From: Geosiphon pyriformis uo1
Taxonomy: Eukaryota > Fungi > Glomeromycota
Assembly (NCBI GenBank): GCA_016748015.1
Contig: JAAOMT010000219.1
Span: forward strand, 114,436-178,435
Direction of reading: 5' to 3'
DNA: 64,000 bases
This document shows positions 49,701 through 63,366 of the stretch, in pieces. Every line of letters starts with the position of its first letter. Positions within the stretch are counted from its first letter, which is position 1. Both the position numbers and the translations under genes were made by a program. The notes below the pieces were generated by a model. That model ran no database searches. It was given only the letters and a program-made list of their open reading frames with translations, and was not told the DNA's origin.

Positions 49701-52700
49701 AAAATTGTTCTACATGTAAAACAAGATTTATTGTCCTATTTTTTCTGTTGTTTGAGTCATCCAAAGTGTTCAAAGATACATGAATGGCAATAATACTTGG
49801 TTGCTATTGGCCATTTCTTATTATTGCTACAATATGTACTCATTGTTAACAATTTTTTGTCACAATTAATGCATATTAATTTGAGTTAACAATAATTTAG
49901 TTGTCTTAATAATGTAATATTATATAGAATATATGTTGTTACTGGAGGTTTTTGGTTTCTTTTTTTGAATGTTGTTAATATTTGTCTGTTGCTAATTTCA
50001 TGTTTTCTGGAAGCAGTTGAATCTTCAATAACTGAATTTATCTTCAAATTATCTTCTATAACTTGAACTGCTGGACTTATAAGTGAAATAATCAATTTTG
50101 TGCCAGTTACTTTATGTAATTACATTATAGTAAATGTCAACTCTTTTCCAGGAATTGCTCATCTAAAAGCTTACTAGAAATGTGTAGTTATTTTGCTGTA
50201 AAAGTTAACTTTTCTACAGGAATCTTGTCTGTAAACTATTCTAATAATTATGATAAGAAAAATAAAATAAAATAAAAGAAATGTAAAAGAAATAGAATTC
50301 TGTCAAGAAAAACATTTTCTATCCAGGCCTGAAATCATTAACAGATTATTGAAATTGGTAGCTAATCAATTTCAAAATATTAGTTTGTGTTGAGGGAATT
50401 TCAAGTGTAATAATCTAAAGAATTTGGTTTTCAAATATTTAATTTTTATTTGAAATATGTAAAAAATGATTTGTTCTAATTAAGATATCTAAAGTAAGAT
50501 ACTATAATAAGATACATTTCTTTGAAAAGAGAAGCTTTTTTTATACAATTTGTTGTAATACTAGTCTTTGAATTTGTACTTTTTTTTTGCTCTAATTTTA
50601 GCAAACTAAAGATACATTTTAGCAAACTACAAATTATTTCTACAAACTATTGATTATTTCGATCAATTTTTATCAATTTCGGCGAATTTTGACTATATTA
50701 AATGATTTAGGGTATTGTGTAATTTGATCATCTTAATTTCTATAATACAAATCGGGTTATTAATTGAATGATGATATTTTATAATTTGATTAAATAATAA
50801 GTAATAATTGAAATGATAATAATATGCTAATTAATAATAGGAATTATAAAAATAATTTCATGTTAATTAATAGCTAAAATTTTACTGATAACAATGTTAA
50901 GATGGTAGCTTGAGATTGTTCTTTTTTTCTTTCTTTTCAGGTCAAAATCAGTAATAGTTTATTGTAATTTTTGTTATTTTATAAAACTTGATAAGCTTCC
51001 CAAGTAGGTTTTTTTTCTTCTTTCTCAAATTTTATTAGTAGATGTATAATGACTGGTTTAAAATGGCTACAAGTATTAAGTATTTGAGTTTGTAAATTAT
51101 CTTGAATAAGCTGTAGTTTTTAGATGTTTCAGTCAAGCACAGTATTGGTTTTGGACAGCCAATTATTACTAATAAGAGCTTGATACTGTATAGCTTCTAT
51201 TATAAGAATTTTGATAGATGTTATAATACTATTAACTTCAAATAAGAAGTTATCAATCTTACCAATAAGTGTTTTTATCACTTTATTAGTAGTGATAATT
51301 CTGGTACTGGTAGTATAATCAACTTGATAACCTAATTAGTCCATAAGTTATCATGTAATAATGTCGTCTGCTAATCCATTATTAAAAATTAGTTTAATAG
51401 AGTAGTTATTAACTTTAATATTAGTATATATGGCTGTAATAAGTTTGGTATTGAGAATGATTTTACTAAATAACAGTGTTTTAACTTGGGTTTCCAGTTT
51501 AAAAAGAAATATGGCTGTAAGTAATTTATTTTTAGTAACAGTTGTTAATAAATAATTGTTGATTGGTTTCCAAATTGTTAGATATATTGTCTTTTGGGGT
51601 AACCAGAAAACTTAAATAGCTTTGGAAATTTGGGTTTTGGATGTACTTACTTTTTAAACTTCATTAATGTAATCTTAATGGCTGATTTAATGAACTAGAG
51701 ATTAGTTGGTATATTATTATTGCTAATCTTCAGTTTTGTTGTGTATAAGTAATTTTTGGCTTTTGGTTACTAGTTAACATTTGACTTAAATTTTGTGGCA
51801 GTGCTTAAATTGGTAGTATTTGATAGATGATTTGTAATTATGGCTAATAGATAGTTTATGGTTATGGTTGATAGATAACTGGTGCTAAAATTTGATATAC
51901 TAAAAGTGAGTATATTAATTGTTGCATCATTGGGGTGTAATAAAATTAATATGGTTCCTGATTTTAAGTGTAATTTGGAGTTTGAAACTGGCAATTAAGG
52001 TTTCAATATTAATTTTTCAATTATTGGTTATTTAATCTTGTACAGCAGTCTAATTTTAAGTGTTTTTATTTATTACAATAGTGACAGATATGCATTTTTT
52101 GCTGCCATAATTGGTTGATTAATAAGAATAATAGATGCAATTAACTTTGAAAACAATTGGAGTTTTCTTAATTATCATAATATTGAAAAAATTGATAGAT
52201 TGTTTAATTGTTAGCTAAATATTTGTTAATTTTCTGATTAATGATTTCACCAAATTACTTTAATTTGATATCTAATTCAAATAATCTATTTATTACTAAG
52301 TTGATGATTTGGACATGGTTGGCTTTGAGTTTGGCTAATTTGAATGTGAATTACTACATTTTAAAAAGTAGTTAAGTACATTGGGCATATTCATTGTAAT
52401 AAGTTACTGTATAATCTGCAGATAAACTGGTTCAAAATTTGTGTTTTGGTAAAGTAGTTAGCTTATATTGTCTGTATTTGGTACAGATTTCTGTAGAAGC
52501 ATTCTAAATAAATAGTAACTGCTTTAGTTTTATCTTGTTTAAGTGTAATAAAACTAGTTAATAATTTATTAATGCTATTGTAATTACTGAAGTATTGTAG
52601 AAATACAGTTTTAAACATGTTAAAAGTTTGTGGCTTGTTGACAAAATTCTAATACTATAAGTTAATAGTATTCTGTAAGAAGTAAAAAATAGCTTGAAGG

Positions 52701-53245
52701 ACTTTGGGGTCATCTCAATTATTGACTGTAATCATCTTAGCAATGTCATTTAATCATGTTTGGATATTGTTCTCTTTACTAGTAAATTTCTTCAGTTTGA
52801 CAATAAATGTGTATGCTATTAGTGCTAATTGTTGTTGTTGTGGTAATAATTGTGAAGGCTGTTGTTGTAATAGTATAATTGATACAACTACTGGATTAAT
52901 CATAATAATTGGAGATAAGTCTTACTAAATAATAGAAGTGGAATTTGGATTGTTCAAGTTTTCTGGAGTTTGAATAATCAAAGTTTATATTTCCAGATTA
53001 TTTGAAATCAGATTTTAATTACTGTTTTCCTGATTATTGTCTTCTTCTTCTTCTGAATTGATATCTTCTCAATGACTATTAGATCTAAAATCTGGTTAAG
53101 ATGACAGCAATTGAAATTTTGATGGTATTGTTGATTGCAATCTAAATTTTTCAAAGAAATTACTGTAGATTCCTAATAATTTGGCTTTTTTTTGATTATT
53201 TTGAAACAGAACTCGAAGTAATGATGTTTTTACAGTTAATGATAA
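46788..53245 (-). pseudogene. B2 Gag-Pol (RH, RT, dUTPase ~48600-49030, Cys-rich domain, protease, gag); N-terminus continues at 60998-61460
   Basis: ORFs 48679-49185 (NAEFDLRY..IIDAEY..KIAQTIFLP) and 48214-48456 match B1; capsid at ~52330-52830. Confidence 0.88.
49937..50893 (-). repeat. Solo family A LTR inserted in B2
   Basis: Complete termini and a perfect ATGT TSD. Confidence 0.95.
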
Positions 53246-53334
53246 TGTTATAATTAAAACTCATACTTTTTATTAGTTATTATATATATTAGTCATTAAT
53301 GTCATATAATTAGCCACTCTATTTTTAGATAGTA

Positions 53335-53465
53335 ATTATTAACCTAATCAATAATCTGACTATTGACTTGATCATTGACCTGATTATTGATCTGATCAAT
53401 AACCAAATTATTGACCTGATCATTGATTTGATAATTAATCTAATCATTAATCTAGTTATTGACTA
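53335..53465. repeat. 12-bp tandem array (TGACCTGATCAT-like) in the C 5' LTR
   Basis: About ten degenerate units here, but only about three in the 3' LTR. Confidence 0.8.
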
Positions 53466-54057
53466 TTTTTAATAACTATATAAGCAATGAGTCTCTTAGC
53501 CATAGAAAAACATAATCAAAATAATGAAATAAAACTCACTATCAATTACTTCCTCTTATATTGCTTATTTTTTTTCTTTATCTTTAAGTATCTAAATATC
53601 TTAGGATAAAAGATTACTTGTTGGTATTTACATACTTTATCTTTTTCTTTTTTTGATTTGTATTGTTAGAATTAATCTGAAAAGTGATTGTTTGCTCTTG
53701 TGATTTATTGAATAAAAAAATATTTGAAAAGCACAACAATATTTGTTATTGATTCTAAAAATTGTCAAGTTAAAGCATAGAATAATAGCAGCAGTATTAT
53801 TTTGTTAACAATTATAAACTATTCCTCTATTTTCAGATTTTCAGAAAAGATTTACAACTGTAATTTTTATAAAACTGATCACATATATTAAATCCTTACT
53901 TATTCAATTTACTCCCTTATTGTAATTTTTTTTTTGATTATTTTTATTATCCTAAAATCTTGTTCTCTTTTGCTATCTATTAGCTTGTTACTTTAACCTA
54001 TAACATAAAAGTGGTGCTCCTTATAAGATTGTCAAAATTCACTTTGTTCTTTATTGT

Positions 54058-55606
54058 ATGAGTGATTATTTATACTTGTTACAACAATTAGAAAAATATT
54101 TTGAAACACACAACAAAAACAATCTAGACTTTATTGAACTTAATTTTTTGTTCTTCTGCTTGATTTGCTTTCTTATTGAAAAACAATCCAGTAGACAATT
54201 CTAAAACTTTTGAAATTGGTTCCTAAACAAGCATTTAGCTAAAATCTACACAGTTTATACAACTTATTACTTTGATTAAGCTTATTTTAAAGACAACTTT
54301 GAAGAAAAAAACAACAGCATCAATCAGCTTTTATACTCCACAATCTTTAAACAACAGCCTTCTAATTCTGAATACCTAAATTACCAAGTTCATATTTGGA
54401 TTGCTGCCCATTAGCTAGCTGAAACTTTCTTTAAAACAGAAGAAGAAAGCTATTAAACAGTTTCTGTTTTTGATTTTTTTTCAAGTGAATCAGAACATTT
54501 CACACAAATAGTTACTTCTAAACCAATAGCTAATAACTTTATACAACAAAACATTCTGGCTGCCCTCTAAGACATATAAACTGCTTTAGAACAAAGAAAC
54601 AATATCCTATTATCTTTATTCAGAAGTAATACATAAGACCTAATTGAATGATTAAATGATTTTAAAAGAGCAGTCACTGCCAATTAATATAATGCTGAGT
54701 ATAAGTTCCAAATCATTGGTGGCTATCTCCAAAGCTCTTCTACTACTTGATTTTTACAAAAAACCAATGCTAGTGCTTACCAAAAAATTATTAGATAGAC
54801 ACCAACAAATGCTAAAAAAAAACATCTCTTTTACAACCCAGTTTGAAACTAAATTTAGAACTTCCATTTTAATTTCAAAATAGTATATAAAATTAGAAAA
54901 AAAAATCCAAAGTTCTAGTAAAGTTGTGATTAAATATGCCAAAGCAATCAGAAAACTAATTAAATAAGTAGACTTTGGAAGAAATTAGACAGAAGAGCAG
55001 AAAATTTACTCTTTTATAAAAGAATTAAGAACTGATTTTTTATATGCTTTTTTGCCCCTCTTAGCCCTAAAAGATAATCTCATAATAGATATGGCTATTG
55101 AATTTGTTTAACAAATTGAAAACAACCAAAGGATGCATCTGAAATCTACACTTCTAGTTTTTGCTCCTGCTTTTGTTATGACTCCTGTTTTCCAAATAAC
55201 TATTATCTCTTTTGTTGCCCAAACTCAAGACCTAAATAAACAATTAATAGATAAACTTATAGCCAATCTTGTCTAATTACTGGAACTCTTAACTTAAGCA
55301 GTCAAAGATAACTAGCAGCTACAAAAACCCAAATTTGAATCCCATTTTAATTAGTTTTAGCAACTCTTTTATCAAAGACAACAAAATTATGGTCCATCTG
55401 TGTATTATTGTTGTGGATTGACTGGACACTTTTCCAGAGATTGCAACAATTTTCCATTGCTTCTTCCAATTTCTAAAAACAATAACAATTAAAACAACAA
55501 AACTATTAACAACAATATTTCTAATTAAAAGTCCAATCATGTTAACATCAATTTTTTTGGAGAGAATTCTCTAGTTGAAGCCACTGTTTATCAGTTTTTA
55601 AACTAG
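54058..55606 (+). pseudogene. C Gag
   Basis: MSDYLYLLQQL start, DLIE*LNDFKRA capsid, (C)YCCGLTGHFSRDC knuckle, and stop TAG at 55604-55606. Confidence 0.85.
55597..55603 (+). promoter_or_regulatory. -1 ribosomal frameshift slippery site T TTA AAC
   Basis: X XXY YYZ heptamer immediately before the gag stop. The -1 frame is open into ORF 55693 (protease). Confidence 0.75.
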
Positions 55607-58285
55607 TAAGCACACCTTTAAAGAGTGAAAGTGCAAACCAACCAGAAAAAAACCTCTTTTATGTTTTTAATCTAATTGATAATAACTATAACATGAATAA
55701 ATTAACAATCAACACCTCTGAATTAATCAGAAAAAAAAAAAAAGCCAAGATTAATTTCGTTCTAGATCCAAACAAAGCATCTATATTAACTGCTGATAAC
55801 AATGAATCACTAAAGGCTAAAGTTTTTAAAAATTTTCTACAGTTAGAACTCCCAAAAATAGTACAAAAATTTGGTTCTTATTTTGTTGTTAAAAATCTTA
55901 TGGAAACTCCAGTTCACATTATCTTTGGTCAATTAATAATTCATTCACAATTTAGAAAAAACCTTTGCAAATTTCTGATTCCAAAGAAAAAGACACTAAA
56001 AACCAACAAGTGCTCTTATCAAGCTGAATTTGCTAATAACAGCAATGTTACCCTTCTCATTTGCAAAGCCCAAGTGGCTGGTTACTTTATTGACTTGATT
56101 TTAAACAGTGGATTATTTGTTAGTGTAATTGCCAAACACTTTCTGGAAGTCATTAGAAAAAAGATTAATGAATTTTCCACCCAATTTATGACCAATGTAT
56201 ATAGTAACAAAATAAAAGGTCTGGACATAGCTAAAGCTATTCTTGTTCACATCAATAGCATTAGCATTAAAACTAACATAAAAGTATTTGAAGCAAAAAA
56301 GTACACCATAATTGTTGGCAATAAGTAGTTCAAAAAAGCCAAAGTATTACTTGACTATAAACTTTGTAAATTAACTATCAGATGTGATAAGAAGCCTATT
56401 GTGATTAAATACTATCATTAGACAACTTCTCTAGTACTCAAACAGAATCAAGAAGATAAGCAATCAGATGAATCAAATAATAAAAAGAGTAATAAAAAAA
56501 AAGATCAAAAAAAAAAAAACTGCTGAACTTGTCTATACTATCTTCACCAACAATGACAAGTCATTAGATAATATCAAAGCTGATAGAAAAGAAATCATTG
56601 TAAATGGTAAGCTAATTTGCTGGCTCTACTATGATATTCTCAGAAAAACTTTTGATAGAAAACCTGACAAGAAAGCAAAATACAGTTATTGGTAACATAA
56701 TTTTTGTGTTTGGTGCTGGTGCAATAAACCTTTGTATTCTTTTAGTAATGAATACAAGTCTTGTCTAATCTATTACAAAGATTGGAAACCAATTAGTTTA
56801 ATACTCAGAAAAGAAATAAAAGAAATACAGAAGTTTTTTGAAAATCAACTATCTAAGATCCAATTACTTGTAATAGAACAAAGAAAACTCCCTTTTAAAG
56901 AAAGAAAAATAAACATTGAAAATCTGTTGGTTAGAAATAGCCTAGTTATCTCAAAAGAAAGTAATACTTCTAAATAAACTCATGTAATACAATACACTAT
57001 TACTACCAAAGAAACTTGCTCTATCTATTTGAAATCTTATCAATCCAATCAACACAATAATGAGTTTGTCAAGAAAAAAATAAACTGAATAAAGAATCTT
57101 AGATTCATACAAGAAACCAAGAGTAAATGGGCTTTCTCAGTTGTAATAATATCCAAAAAAAGTGGAACTCTATACTTCTGTATTAATTATTGCCAATTAA
57201 ATGCCATTACTATAAAAGACATATATCTACTTCCCAAAATTGATACAATGTTAAACAAATTCAATGGTGCTGCTTTTTTCTCAACTATTGACTTAACTGC
57301 TGAATTCTAACAAATAAAGATGAATTTAGAAAGCAGAAAAAAAACTGCCTTCATCACCAAATATGACACCTACAAATTTACAGTTATGTTTTTTGGTCTT
57401 ATTAATGTCTTTTTTATCTTTCAATGCCTAATAGACAAAGTGTTTAAATTAGTAAAAGAAAACTTTGTTTTGGTCTACTTGAATGACATAATAGTATACT
57501 CAAAAACCTAAGATAAATATTTTGAACATTTGCAAAAAGTTTTTAATCTTCTTAAAAATGCTGGTCTTAAAATAAACTCAATCAAATCTTTTTTTGGATA
57601 ACAATCTACCCAGTTTCTTAGTTATTTTATTACAAAAGATAGAATTTTCTCTGATTTAGCCAAAGTTAAAAAAGTTCAGAACATTAAACAATCAATGAAT
57701 GTTTCTGAACTATGTTCTTTTCTTGGTTTGGCTTTTTATTACCACAAATTTATTAAAAATTTCTCTAAAATTACCTTTTTTTTTAATCAGCTACTCAGAA
57801 AAAATGTCAATTATTATTAGAGCACTTATCAACAAAAAGCTTTTGAAACTTTAAAGAAAAAACTTGTTACTAAACCAATCTTTAAACAACCTAATCTGGA
57901 TCAATCTTTTATTCTGCACACTAATGCTTCTGACTATAAACTTGATGCTGTTTTTTCACAAAAAAATAAAAATGGCAGAGAACATGCTATAGCATATGCC
58001 AGTAGAATTTTTACACCAACAGAAAAAAACTATTGAATTATTAAACAAAAATACTTAGTAATAGTTTGGGTTACTAGTTATTGGGATCAATATTTTTTTG
58101 GTGTAAAATTTCTAGTGGTAATAAATCATTAAGCCTTGGTTTGGCTGCACAATAAGAAGAAGCTAGAACACAAATGAATAACTCGCTAAATACTCTATCT
58201 AAATAAATTTGACTATGATATTTAACATTATAAAGAAGCAAATTATCAAAATGCTAATGCTTTTTCTAGACTTACCATCCAATAA
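55597..58285 (+). pseudogene. C Pol (protease, short Cys-rich domain, RT, RNase H)
   Basis: LILNSG (DSG), WAFSVV, YLLPKID, YLND, HTNAS (TDAS), IAYASR, NANAFSR followed by TAATAA. Confidence 0.9.
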
Positions 58286-58348
58286 TAATGCAACTTTTCA
58301 ACCAAACCAACTTAATTATTAATAACTTCCTCATAAACAAACACAATA

Positions 58349-59662
58349 ATAGACTTGAACAACTACTCTACATTAATAGAATTTTTGGATAAAGAACAAT
58401 ACCCATCAGACTAAACTTGATAGCAAAGAAAACATTTGCACAAACAATCAAATTTTTATTTGATTCATCAGAACCAACTTTACAAAAGAAATAGAAAAGA
58501 TCTTAACTGCTCCCAGAAAGTTATTAAATTTGAAAAAAGAGAAATTGTGATTTACAATATGTACACTAATCCATTAGCTGGACACTTTAAAAAAACAAAA
58601 ACAATTCAGAAAACTTTAACTTGTTATTATTGGCTTATTTTGAAAAAAAACATTGCTGAATACATCAAAATCTGTAACATCTGCCAAAAAAAAGACAAAT
58701 TCAATCAAAAAAAAGATATCCATTCAATTTCTGTTAGTTAACTATTTAACAGAATTGGTATAAATATTGTTGAATCTTTAATAATAATTTCTGATGACAA
58801 CAAATACATTATCACAGCTACTAATTATCTTACAAAGTAAGTAAAAACAAGAGCCATTTCAGACCAAACAGCAGTTTCAATAGCCAATTTTATTTATGAA
58901 AATATTATTTGTTGCCATAACTGCATCAAAGAACTTTTATCTGATAGAAAAAGAGTTTTTCTTAGTACTATAGTTAAAGAGCTTTGTAAAAAAATAAGAA
59001 TATGTTATAAACTTTTTTTTTCTTATCACTTTTAGACAAATGGCCTAGTAGAACATTTCAATAGAACATTATATAAAACTCTAGCCAAAACCAGTAAAGA
59101 AACAAACTTATAAAACAAAATACTTTCTTCAGCTTTGTTTGCTTATAGAACTGTGAATCATAACATAACAAGTTATGAATCTTTTTATCTGCTTTATAAA
59201 TACATAACAATACTACCAATAGAAATTAATATTGAAATAATATTCTTTGAAGAAATCACAATAAAAAATTACAAAGACATTTTGCAAAAAAAACTTGGTA
59301 TTATTCTTGACTTCTTAGTAAAAGCATAAATAATTGTTTTTGAAAAAATAAAGCAGTTTTAAGAAAAGCTTAAGAAAAAAAAAACTTATAAAACTCTTTC
59401 TTTAAGTATTAGTAACTTAGTTTTGAAATATTGCTCAAACAGAAACAATATCTATAATAATAAATTTTCTAACTAATAGAAAAAATCTTTTATAGTCAAC
59501 AAAGTTTTAAACAATAGTTTTTATATCTTATAAAATCAATATAAAACAATCTTTAATGATTGCCATGTTTATGGTACATAACTTAAAAAATATCACAAAT
59601 AATTTGATTGGTTGCCTGTTGTAATAATACCAACCCAAATGATTAACAAAAATCAAGTATAA
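58349..59662 (+). pseudogene. C integrase, separate ORF
   Basis: (M)DLNNYSTLIEFL start, LAGHF..CNICQ, LSDR, QTNGLVEHFNR, FAYRT. Confidence 0.88.
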
Positions 59663-59755
59663 ATAAATGCATTATTTCTAAAACAGAGGTATTTTTAATT
59701 GACATAAACAATTATTTTCTGAATTAAAACATTCAAAATATTTTTTATATTTTTT

Positions 59756-60330
59756 ATGAGTATTGAATCAAAAATTATTTAAAAGCTATTCTAACTATTA
59801 GAAAACAGACTATTATAATTAATAACAATAGAATATATACTATTATTAAACCAAAGAAAGCCACTACCAGAAGAAAAAAAATTGGTAGCAAAATAAATAA
59901 ATATCTGATAGAAAGTATAATAGTAATAATACTCTCATTTTTCAGTACAATTGAAAAAACAATACAAGAAATCTTGTCCATAAACAAAAACTTGTTATAT
60001 AAAAGACAACTAAAACTCTATAGTCACTTTGGTAAAATCATAGAGGATATAAAGTTCATAAAGAAAACAACTTCAAAGATACAAGTGGAAATTTTGGGCA
60101 TTGTATAGTTAGATGTTCTAAGAGTTTTGACTATTGCTAAAAAATCCAAAACTCTTATACAAGAATTTGGTCTCTTAAATACAAAACTTATTTTGTTTCA
60201 AGTATTATATATTTTATTTACAAAAAACTTTAATAAACTAGTTAGTTTTGACCTAAACAAACTCTTCAAATAGATTATCCCATGAATAACTTGATTTTAC
60301 TGAAGCTCAATCTCTTTAGAGAAAATAATA
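59756..60330 (+). pseudogene. C ORF3
   Basis: MSIESKII*KLF*LLEN...LKLYSHFGKII...; lies between IN and the PPT. Confidence 0.6.
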
Positions 60331-61515
60331 TTATGATTAAAATTCATAATTTTTATTAGTTATTATATGTATTAGCCACTGATGTCATATAATTAACCAT
60401 TTTATTTTTAGATAGTGATTATTAACCTAATTGTTAACCTGATCATAAACCACTTTTAATAGCTATATAAATAATAAGTCTCTTAGCTATAAAAAGACAT
60501 GATTAAAGTAACAAAATAAAATTCACTATTAATTACTTTCTCTCATATCACTTATTCTCTTTTTCCTACTTTTAAGTATCTAAACATCTTGAGATAAAAG
60601 ATTATTTGTTGACATTTACATATCTTATCTTTTCCTTTTTTTGATTTGTATTGTTAGAATTAGTCTAAAAAGTGATTGCTTGTTCTTGTAATTCATTAAA
60701 TAAAGAAACAATTAAAAAGTACAACAATACCTGTTATTAATTCTAAAAATTACTGAGTTGAAACATAAAATAATAGCAGTAGTGTTATTTTGTTAACAAT
60801 TACAAATTATTTCTCTATCTTTAAATTTTCAGAAAAAATTTGCAACTGTGATTTTTATGAGACTAATTATGCATATTAAATCTTTACTTATTCAATTTGC
60901 TTCTTTATTGTAATTCTCTCTTTGATTATTTTTATTACTCTAAAATTCTGTTTTCTTTTGCTATCTGTTAGTTTGTTACTCCAACTTATTATAATAATAT
61001 AAATCCTAATAATATATGTATAGTACTTCTTGGTGTATAATAATATAATAGGTAAATAGGTAAAACAACTTTTGGTTTTTTCCAAGTAAATATTTGTATT
61101 TTTTTTGGGTTTCTGTTAGTGTTTGTAATTTTTTTTTGTCTGTAAATATAATAGAAAATTTCTGTTAGGTGTAATTTTCAATTTTTTTGTTTATTTCTGT
61201 AATTATTGGTGTAAACAGATAGTTTAGTAAAAGTATAGTGTTTTAGATTAGTTTATTATAGAAATTGTTAAGAGCAGCTCCTGGATTTTTTTGGTCTTCC
61301 AAATAGGATTTAATTTTTTTGTTGATGTAAAAATTAAAAGCTAATTCTGCTGGCCAATTGTTATTTGTTAATTCAAAATGACATTAATAGTATTAAAATA
61401 AGAATTTCATAAATTTTAAATAGTTTTTTTCTATGATTCTTGATCTGCCACTTTTCTGAATGGTTGCTGTTGGTGCTAGTTTTTTGTTAAATTATATTTT
61501 ACAGGAAGCATCAAA

Positions 61516-62426
61516 TGTTACAGATAATTATTTGAAATGTTGATACAAATAACAAACCTATAACTTGGTACTTAATAGCTTATTAATATTGATAAAACTA
61601 AAATTTTTTGAAATCTGAAGGTTTTGGTGAAGTTCTTTGTATAATAGACAGAGATTCAATAATTGTGTCAGTATTTTTCCAAAAGTTTATTCCATAAATT
61701 TTTTTTTCAGTGTAATAGCCAGTTTAATTTGGCAGTTATGCCCTTCTGATAAGCTATTCTTAAATTTTTATCTTTATTTCTAGGTCTTTTATTAGGCTAT
61801 CTTTAATGTTAAATACTCAGTACTTAATTCCTTTAATCAATTAGTAAACAACAAAATGAAACAAAAAAAAATAAATAAAAATAAAAAAAATAAAAAAAAA
61901 TAAAAAATTAGTATTTTGTTAATAGTTGTAATCAAGAACTATTAGTCTAGTATAGTTAAGTGTTAGATTCTATCAATATAGAGTGTTTATAAAGTAAAAA
62001 TAATTAATATTTTTCAATTAAATGACAATAACATGAATTTAAATGATAATAAATATTTTTATTAATATGTGATTTGATTCTACTTCAAGTTATAGAAAAC
62101 TATCTTTTAAAGAAAAAAATATTAATTAATTAATTAATTATTGGTATCAATTTTGTTTTTTTTGCTTTTAACACTCTTATTATATATATATAATTCTTGT
62201 TATATAAAATTTCACATTTTCTTAAGCAATATGTCCTATTTTCTTAAGTAATATGTTCTATTTTCTTTGACAATGCTTTTATTACTCAACAGTGTGTTTT
62301 AATTTACTAGTAATATGTTATAGTTTTTTGATATTGTGTTTACTTGCTAAGTACTATTTTTTTATTGGTCTATTTTTCCTATCTGTTTTTCTTATTTTTT
62401 TTTTTGTACTTTTTCTATAAGTAATA
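61516..62426 (-). repeat. B2 5' LTR
   Basis: Adjacent to the minus-strand PBS TTTGATGCTTCCTGT. Confidence 0.92.
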
Positions 62427-62430
62427 ATAG

Positions 62431-62810
62431 TTCCAAAATACATTTTTAGAATATTTTTATAATTTTAGTACTATTATTAAACTTCAAAACAAATTCCGTA
62501 CTATTAAACAACAGCTTAATAAAACAATAACTAAATATTTTGGTAGATTTAATTATGTTTTATAACAAATTAAAACTATAAAAAACAACTATTACACAGC
62601 TCTCCAGATTTTCAATCAGTTTGTAAGAGGATTAAAAAATAGTATCTTAAAATAAGTAAGATAACAACATTTGGAAAATCTACTTTGAGCTGTTATATTA
62701 ATCTAAAATATTAAGTTAACCAAAAAAAAAGTTAATCACAATAAAATAATTAACTTGGTAATAAACAATAATAAAATCAAAAAACTCAAAAACAAGATTA
62801 CTTAAAGAGA
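62431..62810 (+). pseudogene. Continuation of family E gag capsid after the B2 insertion; truncated
   Basis: FQNTFLEYF..LQNKFRTIKQ..YFGRFN..YYTALQIFNQFVRGL, homologous to the A1 capsid at 4750-5100. Confidence 0.75.
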
Positions 62811-63366
62811 AATTATTTAAAAACAAAAATCAGTTTTTTATTTTTATATTAGATTTATTTTTATTAACAAAATAATAATAATAAATTAATTAATTTAATA
62901 TTTAATATTATTGTTTATAATCAAATTAAAATTTATTAATAATGCAAAACCAGTAAAAAAATTAATATTAAACAAAAAACTTAAAGCTTTATTTATTAAA
63001 AAAAACAGATTTTAAAAAAATTTCAAGTTTTTAAAACATAAAACTGGTTTAAATTTCTAATTATCTAAAAAACAATTGTAATTATATTTAATATAATATT
63101 ATGATACCACTTTGATTAAAAAAGACCAACTAAAAAAGCTTGTTTTTTATACTTTTAAATTAATAAATATACAGATTATTAAAGTTTAATATTAAGTATT
63201 TATATAAAATAATTATACACATATTTTCATTTGGTTGCATAATGGTAAAATGAGAAAAAGGGTTAACGTTCACGACATATTTTTCTTCAAGAGCAATTCC
63301 AGCTGTTGCGCATAAAATCAACGAAGATGATACAGTAGTAACATCATTGCCATTACTGTTATGGGG

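Larger units (their letters stand above)
53246..60993 (+). mobile_element. Ty3/Gypsy family C element, full length, no dUTPase
   Basis: LTRs 53246-54005 and 60329-60993, PBS TGGTGCTCC at 54012, PPT at ~60318-60325 and an ATAA TSD. Confidence 0.92.
43741..62426 (-). mobile_element. Family B copy B2, full length, hosting a solo A LTR and element C
   Basis: 3' LTR 43741-44679, 5' LTR 61516-62426, PBS 61499-61515 and a perfect ATAG TSD. Confidence 0.93.
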
